Origin: Amoebophrya sp. A120
Taxonomy: Eukaryota > Protista > Dinoflagellata
Length of the DNA: 64,000 nucleotides
Assembly (NCBI GenBank): GCA_905178155.1
Contig: CAJINV010000015.1
Coordinates: 124,001 to 188,000, forward strand
Direction of reading: 5' to 3'
Below the pieces are notes generated by a model. That model was not told the DNA's origin. It made no database searches and was given only the letters and a program-made list of their open reading frames with translations. The number at the start of each line of letters is the position of its first letter. The stretch's first letter is position 1. Positions 50,621 to 63,116 of this stretch are shown here, piece by piece. A program made the position numbers and the translations under genes.

Positions 50621-52653
50621 ATGCAGCGCGAGACGCAGCAATGTTGTTCCCAGGTGATACGCAAAGCGTGCGCGTCCCGCGGCGGGAGGTGAACTTTGTG
50701 AAGAATGCTCCTTCTAGCGCAAGTTTGCGATGTCACACCGAGCGGGCGAAGCTATTCGAGTCTCGTCTACTCCTACGCCATCTTCGTACCAAGAGCGATC
50801 TGTTCTAGTAGAAGATCAAGTGTACCTTTGCAGTTTTTCGTCTCATCATCTTTCTCGTGCACAATTTTTAATGTCCCACACTAAGGATCCTTGTTCTCGA
50901 AAAATTTGCTCACGCTGACCGAAGACCGCCAGTCAACGTTGGCGTCGTCGAACACCAGTTGCTATTGTGCGCAAAATCTCGACGCCCACCTGGTGGCCAG
51001 CATCTGGTTTACTTCGTTTTGGTTTTTTGTATCGTGGAGTTGTCCACCTCCACTTTACTTTCTGTACAAATCATTGAGGTTATGATTTTTGTTTTCCCTG
51101 ATCGGATGTGTATGTTGTCGAATACCTCTATTGCATTCATGGAGTATCATGCCTCCTGGTACATACAGTCAACTTCTTGACAAATACTACATGAGGAACG
51201 GAACAAGGAATTATCTGCTCGATGTGCAAGAAACCTTTAAAAATGTGGTCTGAGTGGTCATTGCCCTTCCTGTAATATCCTATTTTCTCGATCTCGTCGT
51301 CCTCCTGCGAGGACGACGACAACGGCCTGATCTGCTTCTTGGTATTGGAAATCAATCAAAAAACCTGACAAATTCTTGGAATTTGCTTCGATGCTTCAAT
51401 TGGGTACGCAATGATAAAACGCATGAAAAAACTTGAGTACGTGTCTGTACGAAAGGAAAAACTGTTTTCTGCTAAAGTAGCGTCAAGTAAAAAGTATTGC
51501 AGTTTAGTTTTGTCGATTTTGCGGACTTCGATATAAGACTAAAAAGTTTGAAAAAAGTGAAAGGCTTTTTAATCATTCGACGGGTGACTCTACTGAAATT
51601 TTATACTTATTGTGTCAGTGGTCGTACATATTTACAAGTAGTGCTGGAAAAAAAGTTGAAATATCAGTTCGTGCAGATCAATTCTGCTGAAGATTGTGTC
51701 TAGTCTCCACCCAATTCGGGGCACTTCTATTGTCTGCAAAGAAGCAGTAGTAGCTAGAACATCTTGCAAGCTCCACGATCGTACGATACACCAACAAGTC
51801 AGTGTACCAGACGAGGAGCTGCTGGCGTAGCAGATGCATATAAATATATTGCCGCCGGGTATGGAAATTCGGTGGGCCGCGGTATATGCATGTAAAAGTG
51901 CCACGTTGATGTTGCTGATGCCCGCTGTGTATCTATGTATACAATAAACCCCCGCAGGAGAAGCCGACTCTGCTATATTCGATTTCGTTCTGGGTAGGCA
52001 CAAGAGTACGATATTTTTTGAAGTTTGCTTTGATAAAAGTGTAACAATGTTCAGAGTGCAGGTGGTCTATTTCTTAGTATTTTCTGCAAGTCGTAGAACT
52101 GCATACTGTTGTTTTTTTCGTCAGTTGCTTGTTGTGCGATAATAAATGCCTCCTGGCTCCTGCATCTGCAATTCTAAATGTGAAGGAAGTTGTCGTGGTC
52201 ACTGAGACTGACCGCCCTGCACTCGTCTCGGTGCATGAGTCACTTGAAGTCTTATTCTTCTTCGTCTTCTTTCATTTTATTTTGGTTTCTCTACTTTGTA
52301 GCGTAAAACTAAAATTTCTTGCAGACAGAAAGAACCTCTACACGTTCGACCCCGCAATCTCCCCGTCCGCATTATCCCAGCGAAAGGATTTCTCACCCTG
52401 ACACAAGCCAAATCTCCTATCACGCCACAAGCTTCCATTTGGAAACAAATGTACGTCCCATTCTTCCACCCACTCTCTTCAGCCCCATCGATAATATTAC
52501 GAGGCATACTTGCATTAACATTATGCAGATTGAAAAATACGACTCGCGTTGTACGCGTTCGTGAGGGAGCTGCGTTATATTTGGCTTGGGTCAGAATTTG
52601 AAATACCCAACGGATAACGGCCTTCCCCCGAGTTGTCGTCTTTGTTCGATTTT

Positions 52654-52954
52654 TATGCGGTACAAATACGTCTGGGTCGGCAAAGGTGCAAGCTTGTGAC
52701 GCATGATAATTTCAGACGATCACGCAAAGGGCGGTGATGCTTGGCCAGCGCAAGCTGCCCCCTCTCTGCTGAAACCAAAAGACGAGACTTGTCATGCGGG
52801 TCATTAGCCATTGAGAAACCTAGTCATTTTGCAAAACCAGCTTTGCTAGGGTTTACATACCTGAATTCCTCCTGGTCCTGCACCTGCTCGATCCGTAAAA
52901 ATAGCATGCCACCCATCTGCAATCTTTCAGACCCAGACATATTCACAGATGGTA
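52654..52954. mobile_element. Decayed family-A introner
   Basis: tatgcggtacaaatacgtctgggtc...gacccagacatattcacagatggta; TSD no longer recognisable. Confidence 0.6.
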
Positions 52955-55537
52955 AAGTCGAACTCGTTTGGTCCACTCCGGCAGACTCCGAGTCTTCATC
53001 GTCACCTCGGGAGCTTTCGCACTCGTCGCTTTCCCCCAGTCCCATCTCCTCGTCCTTCTCCAGTGTCCCGTAATTCTTCGTACTCGACGAGTTGTTTTTA
53101 CCTCGGAAAGTGTCGTGTCGAAGTAGAACTACAACATGCAGCTGCACTGCTTTTCATGATGCGCGAGGAAGAGATTGACCGCATCACAAGTTCTTACGCG
53201 TAGCAAACATTGTCACACAGCTCACGACGGCAGTAACCTACTATATCTAATTATTGCGATTCATCCATTGTTCACCATTCGTAGAGTGATACCGATGTGC
53301 ATTCTCGCACTGATTCCATCCTCCGCCTCCCCACCAATGCTCGTATTCGCGGCATCCTTGATCCGTTCTTGCGCTCGCTTGAGCCGCTTTTTCGTGGAAC
53401 CGTCTCGCTGTTGGAACGCGCAGCACAAAGACAGCAACTTTGAGCACAGGATCAGGATCACGAGTACGCAGCCGACGGTACCTGAGTAGGCTTTTAAATT
53501 GTTTGTCATGCACGAGTTCGCATGGAGAAGATTTTTTGTCATGCAGAACAAAATGAAAAAGAAAATGACCAGTACTGTGTAGTACAGACAATCGCCAGCA
53601 CCGCAGCGAACGTCGGGTACGAGTTGATCGGAGCGGGGAGATATGCTGCGCAAGATCGGAAGCTTCGACGTCGGCATGCAATGCTTGACACGAGAAGCCG
53701 GACAATTTTTTTGCATGACAAAAACTACTGGTCCATCCTCAGACGCATAAGTACTTCATCCAGCATCACAATTTCAAACACCCCATGCGTCGAACGCAAT
53801 GCAAACCGACATCGAGACGACAGATTCGCACTGGCTTAAAAATTTCTGCGTCAGGTGGTGAATGAAGCCCGTCCCGAGGGTTTTCAATTCTTGGGCGTAG
53901 TTCCAGAACAAGCCGAACGGAGCATGGATTTGCTGCTCTTGGCTGCGGAGCCGGTTTGTGGTCTCAGCTTTTGATGTGTCCACGGAAGAAGCGACTTCTT
54001 GGGTTTTTTGCGTGTAGTCCTTCTGGACGACGCGTTTTTCAGTTTTTTCCGTGTCTGGACCGTTGCGATCGTTCGCCTTGGCCATGAAGGGAAGTTCGGC
54101 GCGCTCTTTGCCATCCCGCCATGCGTTTTGTTGTTCCGGAACAGGGTGCTGCGCAATTGTTTCTGGGATGTGCTGCCTTGCTTCTGACGTGGATGTACTG
54201 CTACTGGATCCACCGGCGCCGTCGATGACCGCCGCGACCCGATTTGCACCAGTGCCGTCATGCCCAGTGACCTGCCCATCAGCTGCTGAGATGGGGAAAC
54301 TTTCGGGACCCGTGATCTGAATCGCGCTCACTTCTATTGTTATTTCGGTGAGGTCCTTGGTTTCGGCGCCCCATTCCGTGTTGAGTTCACTGATGTCTGC
54401 ACCGTCGTGTAGGTTTTGTCGGACAGCTTCCCGAAATTTAATGCGGAGGAACTTCGCCATGGATTTCATATACTTCTGGAAGATGTCACGCAAGTTTTCG
54501 AGTTCTTCCGGTTCCATATCGTGTTTCTGAGAAACAGAAACGAGCCCCGCGAGCAGGCCATCGAAGAATTTATACCTTTATTCGTTTTTTATTACAAACC
54601 TGTTTCTGTAGTAGAATGCGTTTTTCCATAGATGCAGAAATTGCTGTTGTAGTTTTGTCATCTCATAGTGATCCACATCCACGAGAAGTGATGGAGATCG
54701 TGAAACTGAGCTGGACTGCAGGGCCTTGAAACAATTGAAGCCATGCCCGGGCAAGAACAGAAAGAAAGAAATAAAGAAATCATACAAATTTTTGTTCGCT
54801 GACTGTGCCCGCCCAGATATTTTTTTCTTTAGAAGATGAAGGTCTGTGTCGCCCGTGATCTTCTTCTGCGCTGTCACCAGTGCGTCGATGCTGCTGCTGC
54901 TCAGGAGGTACTCCGGTTGGTTAAAGTCACTCACGATGCCGGGGAGTTCGAAATCCAGAGTGCGCTTCAATAGGAACCGGAGACGGTCTTTGCCGTTCTG
55001 CAACCCCTTGTCCGGTTTGTCCTCCTTTGCTTTTTTGGAGTACTCCTCGTTGGTCTTCGTGTATTGGTCGTATTGGTCTAGGAATTTGCTGATAGCTTCT
55101 GCTCGACTTGCCTCGACGTAGTCCCTTGCTTGCTCAACTTCCTCGACTTGCTCACCTTGCTCGACTTGCTTAACTTGCTTGACTTGCTCACCTTGCTCGA
55201 CTTGTTCATCCTGCTCGACTTGCGCAAGCGGTTTAGCAAATTCGTCGTCCACTTGGTAGCTGTCATCCACCCGTAAAAGCAACACGTCGCGGAGTTGTTC
55301 TTCTACGGGTTCGAGGATTTCCCGGCGAATCCTTCCAGCCTGGACAATGTCGCTCTTCATTCCAGGGTCCGGATCCGGGACCGAGTCGAGATCGTCCGGA
55401 TTCAGGTCGGAGTCGGGTACCGGAGGTGGCGGTGGATCTGAAAAAGGTGCTGCTTCATCGTCCGCGGGCATACATGAGCACAGAAGCAACTGCGCACAGA
55501 AGAGAACAATGCGAAGACCTTCGCGACTGCGGAACAT
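52955..55537 (-). CDS. Gene C (partial model): hypothetical protein with signal-peptide-like start, Pro/Asp tract and VEQ repeats; exon boundaries unresolved
   Basis: Protein-like ORFs 54578-55657 (MFRSREGLRIVLFCAQLLLCSC from 55537) and 53774-54517, plus acidic segments near 53300 and 53000. Confidence 0.5.
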
Positions 55538-57379
55538 GCTTGGCCTTGCTGGAATTATTCTTTGCGAAAAGGCGGCCGCTGCGAAGTGATGGAGTGCGAT
55601 TGTTACAAACACCGACAACACAACTTGAGTCAAATCGCTACGGAAGTCTAAATACATTTCAGCGATTCACAATCACGGAATCCGGAGGCTCGCTCTCGAA
55701 CCATCAAAAGTTGTTCTAGATGATATCTATTGTCGGTCGTTCCTAGATTCATCTCTCGCACTAACGGCAACGCTGGCAGCTGTGTCGGAACCACAGTCAT
55801 GCGCATTATTCTGCGGGTTTTTCTCTCTGTCGTTCCTCAACGGGTTTGTTTCTTCTAGGATTCTCACTCGCCTCGAAGATTGTCTAATGAACTAGCCGAA
55901 TTTCAAAGCCAGACCAAAAACAAATCTTCTGACGCTGAATTTGCGCACACAGATGGGGCCTGTCGTACTGCAAGCACCTGCCGCCACATTCTCGGCCCTG
56001 TTTCTCTTGCATCAGTGTCACTGATGAAGAAAACTTGAAGGAAGAGTTGGGCCACGGTACTTCTCGCCATATGAACACAGAAAATAATTTTGTCTTCCCG
56101 TCGGAAAGTTGCAAAGAGTTTGCGACGTTCATCAAGAATAGGCTGTATAGCGGACCTAGATTGATCTCGAGGAGCCATCATTATTTTTCCCTTAATACGT
56201 GTACGTCTTCTCAAGCCCAAGCGACTTATCAACGTTGCACTTTATGCACTCATTCTTTCCCTTCATTGCTTGGCAACGCATATTTCACTCTGTCTCTGGT
56301 GCGCCGAACAGGTGCTGGAAACGTAACAGATGCACTCTAGGGCGCTTCTTGCTATATTTTATCTTCAAAACCGTCACATACACAATGACACAATAAAGTA
56401 AGTGGCAATAGAAGATACAGATGATGCAGCGGCGCGTAATCACTATATGTTGGAGAACGAGCTAAAATACCATGCCCCCGTGCCCTTTGTCAATGGTAAT
56501 ACTGTAGGCGGCGTCTGTGCCTATGCCTCTGAGACTGAATATCCACTTTATGTACGGAAATTGTTCTTATGGTCTGTATCGACAAAGTTTGCTATTTCTA
56601 TCTTTAAGTTTGATATTTCTATCTTATTCTCGCTGGTTACAGAATCGGAAAACCTCCTCGTGCTGTTCTACCTAGACCAGGCACGACGCGGTGCTGTTCC
56701 TTTTCAATATTATAGTAAGTTGATGTAAAAACAACCGTCTTCATTTATTCGTCGAACGCCCAAATGAGCTGAAAGATAGAGAGAGCCCCTCCTTCTTCAT
56801 GAGTTGTTGCAACAGATCAACTATCATATTCATCTGTCCGCACCAACGACAAATTTGCCGTCGGGGCAGTCAGAAGATCATAAAGCTACCCATTGCGGAA
56901 AAACGTTTTTCCTATCTTTCCGTAAAATACAGTAGTAAAGTGTAGGACCAAAAAGAGGATACATGGAGACACGACGAGATTTGGCTTTCCTCAGTTTCGT
57001 TATATATCAATCGTCATATATCGCTTCTGGCTAGCGGTACGGATACAGTTTCATAGAAGTTCAAGTGGTACATAAATCAAAATCTAGTGCGAAACATACA
57101 GTCATACCTTGTAGTTATTCGGTTTCAGAGCTCTTTTTTTCCTAGAAAAAGTGGTTTTTTTCCCTAGCAATAGTTGCAGGTGCAATTTGATGATACTTAC
57201 GGCCGTAGGTGGCCTCGTTATATTTTGGTGGATGTTCTTACACGATCACTAATTTTCATTTTTCTACTAGCAGCTTTCCAAGGGTCGTTTCTTTACTTCG
57301 AAGGGTCGACAAAATTTCCGCATGTTGTAGATGTCCCCGTCGTTTTTTTACATCCTTCTCCTACGGCGTGGAAAGCGGT

Positions 57380-57777
57380 TATGGTAAGGAAAAATCCCCC
57401 CTGTCCTTACTGCAATGTTGACTGCCTATTTCTATTGCGCGATGTGATTGCTGGCAGACATTATTGTTTGCTGCCGGAAATCACATTGTCATGCATCAAG
57501 GCGGGTGGGCTGTAGCTGTAGGTGACAGATTATCTATCAAGCGGATATGGGTTTCCGCTTTTTGTTCCGCTCCAAGTGCTCGGCCTAACAAGCGTGTCTG
57601 CTGGTTTGAGAAACAACACTAAAGGTTCTTGCTCAAGACAAGATAGCGGCACAGCACGATACAGCACGCGGGTTAATTATGCAACACAAATCAATTCGAA
57701 TTCATCACGACAAATCTAGCATCACAGAGAATCTCTGGTTGGGCGCTATTGAGAAAGGGGGATTTTTCATACTGATA
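57380..57777. mobile_element. Decayed family-E introner
   Basis: TAT..AAAAATCCCCC/GGGGATTTTT..ATA; TSD gcggt/ccggt. Confidence 0.7.
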
Positions 57778-58131
57778 CCGGTGGGAGAAGAATTTATTAT
57801 TTCTTCGAGTACAACTTTTTGAAAAAGTTTCGAAGTTTCTGCAAGAAAAAAACAGCATCATAGCAGTTGTTGTCCAACAACTGTTACTGTGTTGCATTTA
57901 TTCTGCCAGGCAAAAATGTCTCTCATGGATCTGATGCTGGGCAGACACATGCATGACCATCGAATCAGGGTCTACAGTATAGCGGAATCCAGTCGCGATT
58001 CGTGTACCTTGCTGACGAGAAAATACCTGCCATCATGCCACACAGTGTCAAGTTTGTCGTGCAAAGAATGCAACACAGTCACAGTCTACTTCATTTTATG
58101 ATGATACTTTTTCTTCCCATAGAATTTCGAA

Positions 58132-58411
58132 TATCAAGTGTAAAAACGTCCCCACACCATAGTTGTCATGCAAATCTGCATGCTTAAAATGTTTCTCATG
58201 CGGAGCCCCATGAGAAGCATTCTCCAATCGCGTTTTGCAATTTGTCATGCTCCAATCAGCATGGTATGCTAGATCTGTGATGCTGCTGAGCTAGCTCAAA
58301 CAGGACTACACTACGAATCCAAATTTGTCATGCAAAACAGCCAAAGCTTGTGGATTTGTCTAGCCGATTCCCCATCCTGACTGTGGTGTGGGTACGTTTT
58401 TACTCAGGATA
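58132..58411. mobile_element. Introner, family B
   Basis: TSD tcgaa/tcgaa. Confidence 0.9.
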
Positions 58412-58490
58412 TCGAAGCCACCCGCTTTAGCCGCGTGGAAAAGGATGCAACTTGTCAAGCGGTGCTGAGTTTTTGCATATCTTCTGCCAG

Positions 58491-58770
58491 TATTAACTGC
58501 AAATATGTAGTCTGGGTCTGGAAAGTTGTAGATGCAACGAATTTGCGTTGCTGATTTTTGCATGACAGCACGATGTTTTGCCCGGCATGAATGCATCACA
58601 AGTTGAAATTTATCGGATGATGTTGCGAGTCCTACCGTGTCATGCATGACAAACTGAGTTTCACACCACGACAAAAAAACTGCCAGTCGTATTTGTGCAT
58701 CACAAATCCTTGTTGTCCTTCAAATTTCGCATCACAAATCCAGACCCACACATATAATTTGCAATGCATA
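58491..58770. mobile_element. Introner, family A (diverged)
   Basis: TSD gccag/accag. Confidence 0.8.
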
Positions 58771-59945
58771 ACCAGCAGCCCAGCCACTTGAAGATCTTCA
58801 TCACCTGCTCCACTTTCGGGTTCTTGTGCCCGCTGACGCGATGTTGCACTCGCCGGGGCGGGACCCGTACGGCCCGCCGGTTGAAAAGTACTGCCTCGTC
58901 CTTCGATGCTGCCGTTTCCAGAAGTTCCGCTGTTCCACGCCGGCACGTGGTGAATCGGTGCCATAACCGATAATTTTCTACCCAGTCTCGCAAAAGAACT
59001 GGAGTCCTTCGGCTGCCCACAGGACAGCAACGCGTGCTCAAGCTATGGGAGGGGAAAATTTCATGTGAGTCTTCCTCAAGGTGCCGCACGCTATGAAGAT
59101 AGAAGTGACTCTTACATCATGCACGATCGAAATATCGGCTACTAACTTGATGCATCTTGAAACCAAGTAGTGCAAGCGGCTGCAAATTCTTTGCCTCAGT
59201 GTAATTTTCCTGTACGATACGAGGCGCGCCAGAATCCGTTCCATTAGCTTGATGGCTTATGCAGGGCAAAAACGCCTGCATCACGGATGCACACAACTCA
59301 TCAGGCAAATCTCTAGTCGGCGCTACTGCTAAATGTGAGACGCATGCTGTAACGAAGTTCCACATTATCATAGCAGAAATAAGGTCTACAAAAAATACCT
59401 CCTGCCGAATATAAATGTATCCTTGTTTCTTTCTCCAGTCAGAACACAAGATGAACTACTTCTTCCGATGACCGGCAAAGAACCGTAAATACCGTCCGAC
59501 AGTCGATACGAGGTCGCAATGCAAATACAATAAAACCGAAACCCCGGTCGTGATGGTAGGTTGTGATGCAATCGTTTTTTCGTTCCATAGCTGTGCTGGG
59601 TCTTTCACCTTTCTGGATCCCTGACGGTCCTGGCTCGTGCCAGCGTTAAGCTTCTCGACGACGCTATGCACGACAAAAACTGTAGTTTCGGCTTCGCTAC
59701 AATTCCTGACTCGTATTTCACAATTAGCATGCAAAAATACACATCAATCGCAACTTCGTATCTTGCTTGGAATTCATGCAGTGAGGAACGCCACTATTTC
59801 AATACGATGTAGCCGTCGTTTATCATTTGCGAAGCTGCGCACTATCATGTGCAAGTATTCCAAGCAAACTTTTATTGCAATAGAGCATTCTGAAGCTGTA
59901 GCTGCCGTTGCGAATGTTCACAGTGAAACTACAGTTTTTCCCCGG

Positions 59946-62685
59946 TGATAGATTTTCTGCATGAAGCGCTCGTGGCGCAACAGGAAGTGGCGTTTCTCGT
60001 ACGGCTTCAGTGCCTGCACCTGGTATTCTCGGTAGGCCAGAGCGGCGTCGGTCTTGTGCTGCTCGAGGTTCTTTTTTCGCGACGACGAGTCTGGTTTATT
60101 GAATAGAGAAAATTTTTCGAAGAAGTGTTGGAATCATCATGCCAAACGTCGAGTCATCCAGGCGGGGAAATCGAAAAAGTCCAAGAGTCATCAATACATA
60201 GTGAACGTCGATAGTAGTAGAAGTCAATGTATGAAGTCAGGAGAAGTTCTTGTGTCTCTCTTCGCAAATTTCAGAAATTATACCCGCTTTAATTCTCGAA
60301 CTACCGGAACCGCGACGCCCAGCGCGATCATGATGTCCCTGGGCTCCTTGATGTTGTTCACCTGAAACAGTATTTATTACAGTGGACGATTAGAGTTCTT
60401 CCGTGTGTTCGGTACTTACTTCGTCTGGATAGATGAGATCTCTCATGTTCTGCCCCCCCACCAGTTCGTATCGCTGGACGCGCACGGTCGGTTCGTATTG
60501 CACGGAATTATATTTTGAGGGTTCTAGAAGCACATGAAAGCCAAAGCAAGCGTTGCTTCAAACAACCAAAAACCACGTAATTTTCTTTACCCTGAGCGGA
60601 CGGCTCTTGCGAGGCCCCTCCGTCGCGCCCTGTGTCATCTCTATGCGTCGCGTCCTCTTCGGAACCTGATAAGGAACGAAATGAATTGAATCTGATTCAT
60701 ATTTATCAAATGTAAAAATGTCTGGGTCTGGAAGATTGCCAGGTTTGTCATGCATATTTTGAATGACCCATGATGTCTGTGATGCATGCCCTAGCATCAC
60801 AGATTTTTAGAGGACCTTGTGATGCCTCTACTGCATGACAAATGCCCTCTCCACGTAGCACAAACTGGAGTCCTTTTGCTGGTCATGCAATACAAATTTT
60901 TTTAGAATCCAGAAACAGCATTACAAGTTTAGAATCTTCCAGACCCAGACATTTTTACATTTGATAATATTTATGTGATTTTGAAGTAAATACACGACCA
61001 ACGGCATGTCATTTTTTGGCACACGTACAACAATCAAATGCGGTCATAAAAGTACAAGAAAGCGTGCAGGAGGTCATTTGTCATGCGTTTTCTTTCTACT
61101 AAACGCATGTCGATACATTGTAAATGAAACTTGAACATCAACATCAACACATCTACCTGCAGCGGTGTGCTCAAGTTGATCTCCCTTGAACACAGCAGCA
61201 GTCCCGCCCGTCATTCCAGGTTACTATGGATTGCAAAAAATAGCGACGATCTGGGTCTGAGAATCGGATGTAGAATTGTAGGTACTGCTTGCATTGGAAA
61301 ATCACTCATCATGCATGTGGCGAGGCAAGCGCAAGATCAAGAACGCCATGCTTTTGTCATGCCCGATACGAAGAAAAACAAAGATCTGTCATGGACTGGC
61401 ACGCGCAACACGTCGTTGTAATTGCGAGTTGTTGTTCATCGTGTTCCTCCGCACAACAATCTTCTCACTCTACGTGGCTGTCCGTGCAAGTTTTGCTGTG
61501 TAAATGTCATGATATTCCACACCTTCAGACTCAGATCGTCATATCTTATTTGCAGTCGATACTTGCGCTTGCTGGTCGATTTTGGTCAACGCTAGGTCCT
61601 GCCTAGTAAAAAAGGCAAAGCCGTTCCGCGCGGTTTCGAAAGCATTCAAACCTTCTTCCTGGTCAGCATGACAGATGGAGGGCGACGCCTCGCTTTCGTC
61701 GGCAGGACGCAGCGCGACGAGCTGAGGTTATGCGGTGGAAAAGAGCAAGCATAATAGGACAGATCTCTATGTAGACAAATTCACGTCCTTCTCGCTTTGA
61801 TTCTTAAATCGTTGTGCAAAAAGCATAAGCAGCATTTTATGTATCTCACGGGTAGCTGCAGCTTGGTCAGAAAAAAAGTTTCTTTTCGACTTTGTGTACG
61901 TTAAATCAACACTTTTGCATGACAATAAAGAAGCATCGCATATGCTAGCTTTTTTCTGTTCCATAGTTCGTGAAGGAGTTTCTGGCCCACTTCGTTTTGC
62001 CGAATGTTGTCTCGGTCGTAGTTTTCTGGCCCATTTTCGTAGATGTCCTTGATTCGTTTGGCCGCTCCATTCTCCGGCTGAAACAAAAAGTCTTGAAAAG
62101 CGGGCTCCCCGCTCCCGGAGTTTTCCGCCAGTCGCCCCGCTAACGTGACTGCCGCGGAAATTTTCTTCATACTGGGCGTCCTATTCTTCGGAAAACTGGA
62201 TGTGGCATAGGCAAAATCCAATTTCTGTTTCAAATTTGTCATGAGCAAATAAGTAGCTGCAAAAGCGACTTTCTACAAACTTATTTCTGTGTTGCACCTT
62301 CACCGCAAGCCAATTTGAATTCGCGTGCGGAGAGAGAATAAAAATGTATCTATTCTGGTATGCTTCTCGATGTTCGTCGTCCTAAATATGCATGAGATAG
62401 AAACCACTTTGTTATTTTTCTCGCTAAGCCAACAAGTAGTACGCTTAACTAGTAAAACGCTATGCCACATCCAGTATTTTCTGTAGGATATGCTAAACCT
62501 CCTGCGCCGACGTCTCGCAGCTCCCCGGCGACGCCAAAGTTCGGCTTTGCCAAGCTGTGCAACAGGTGGTTCGCAACAGCATTCTCGTGCTGCAGACCCA
62601 GGTTCAGGTTGGAAAACTGCGTCAAAAACTGGAACTCGATTTTCACCAAGTTCTGCTGCTGCCCCGTCGCCGAGCTGAACAGCAT
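59946..62685 (-). CDS. Gene D (fragments): hypothetical protein, exon structure unresolved
   Basis: Protein-like segments: MLFSSATGQQQNLVKIEF (62685), LDFAYATSSF...LLHELWNRKK (~61950-62225), KNLEQHKTDAALAYREYQVQALKPYEKRHF (~59950-60075). Confidence 0.4.
60704..60966. mobile_element. Introner, family A (young copy)
   Basis: Perfect ~34-bp TIR; TSD atatt/atatt. Confidence 0.92.
61225..61561. mobile_element. Decayed family-A introner
   Basis: tatggattgcaaa..gatctgggtctg/cagactcagatc..tttgcagtcgata; TSD gttac/cttgc. Confidence 0.65.
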
Positions 62686-62831
62686 GGTGTTGTGAATCAA
62701 AGTATCGAAACAAAAAAGCTGCAAAGACCTCCCACGAAAGAAGGTCTCCGATCATGCGACAAGACAATTGAAGGGAAAGCAATGAGAAGATGCAAATCTT
62801 GCACGGATGGGCAAGCTTCAAGGAAAATCTC

Positions 62832-63116
62832 GGAGAATCTCCTTGGCCCAAGGAGATTCTCCTGGACCCCCAGGAGAATCTCCTCCCTCCCCTCCTCCTC
62901 TCTCCTAATTTTCCATTTTTTTCTTCTTTCTTTTTTTTTCTTTTCTTTCTTTTTCCTTCATTTGCTTCCTTTTCCATCATTTGCTTCCTTTTCCTTCATT
63001 TCCTTCTATTTCCTTCACTTCCTCCCGCTGTCTCGCTCCCCTTCTCCCAAGGAGAATCTCCTTGGCAAGGAGATTCTCCCCGAACGTGGGAGAATCTCCT
63101 TGCCAAGGAGATTCTC
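62832..63116. repeat. Three palindromes GAGAATCTCCTTG-N-CAAGGAGATTCTC around a pyrimidine tract
   Basis: At 62832-62862, 63051-63079 and 63089-63116. Confidence 0.85.
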
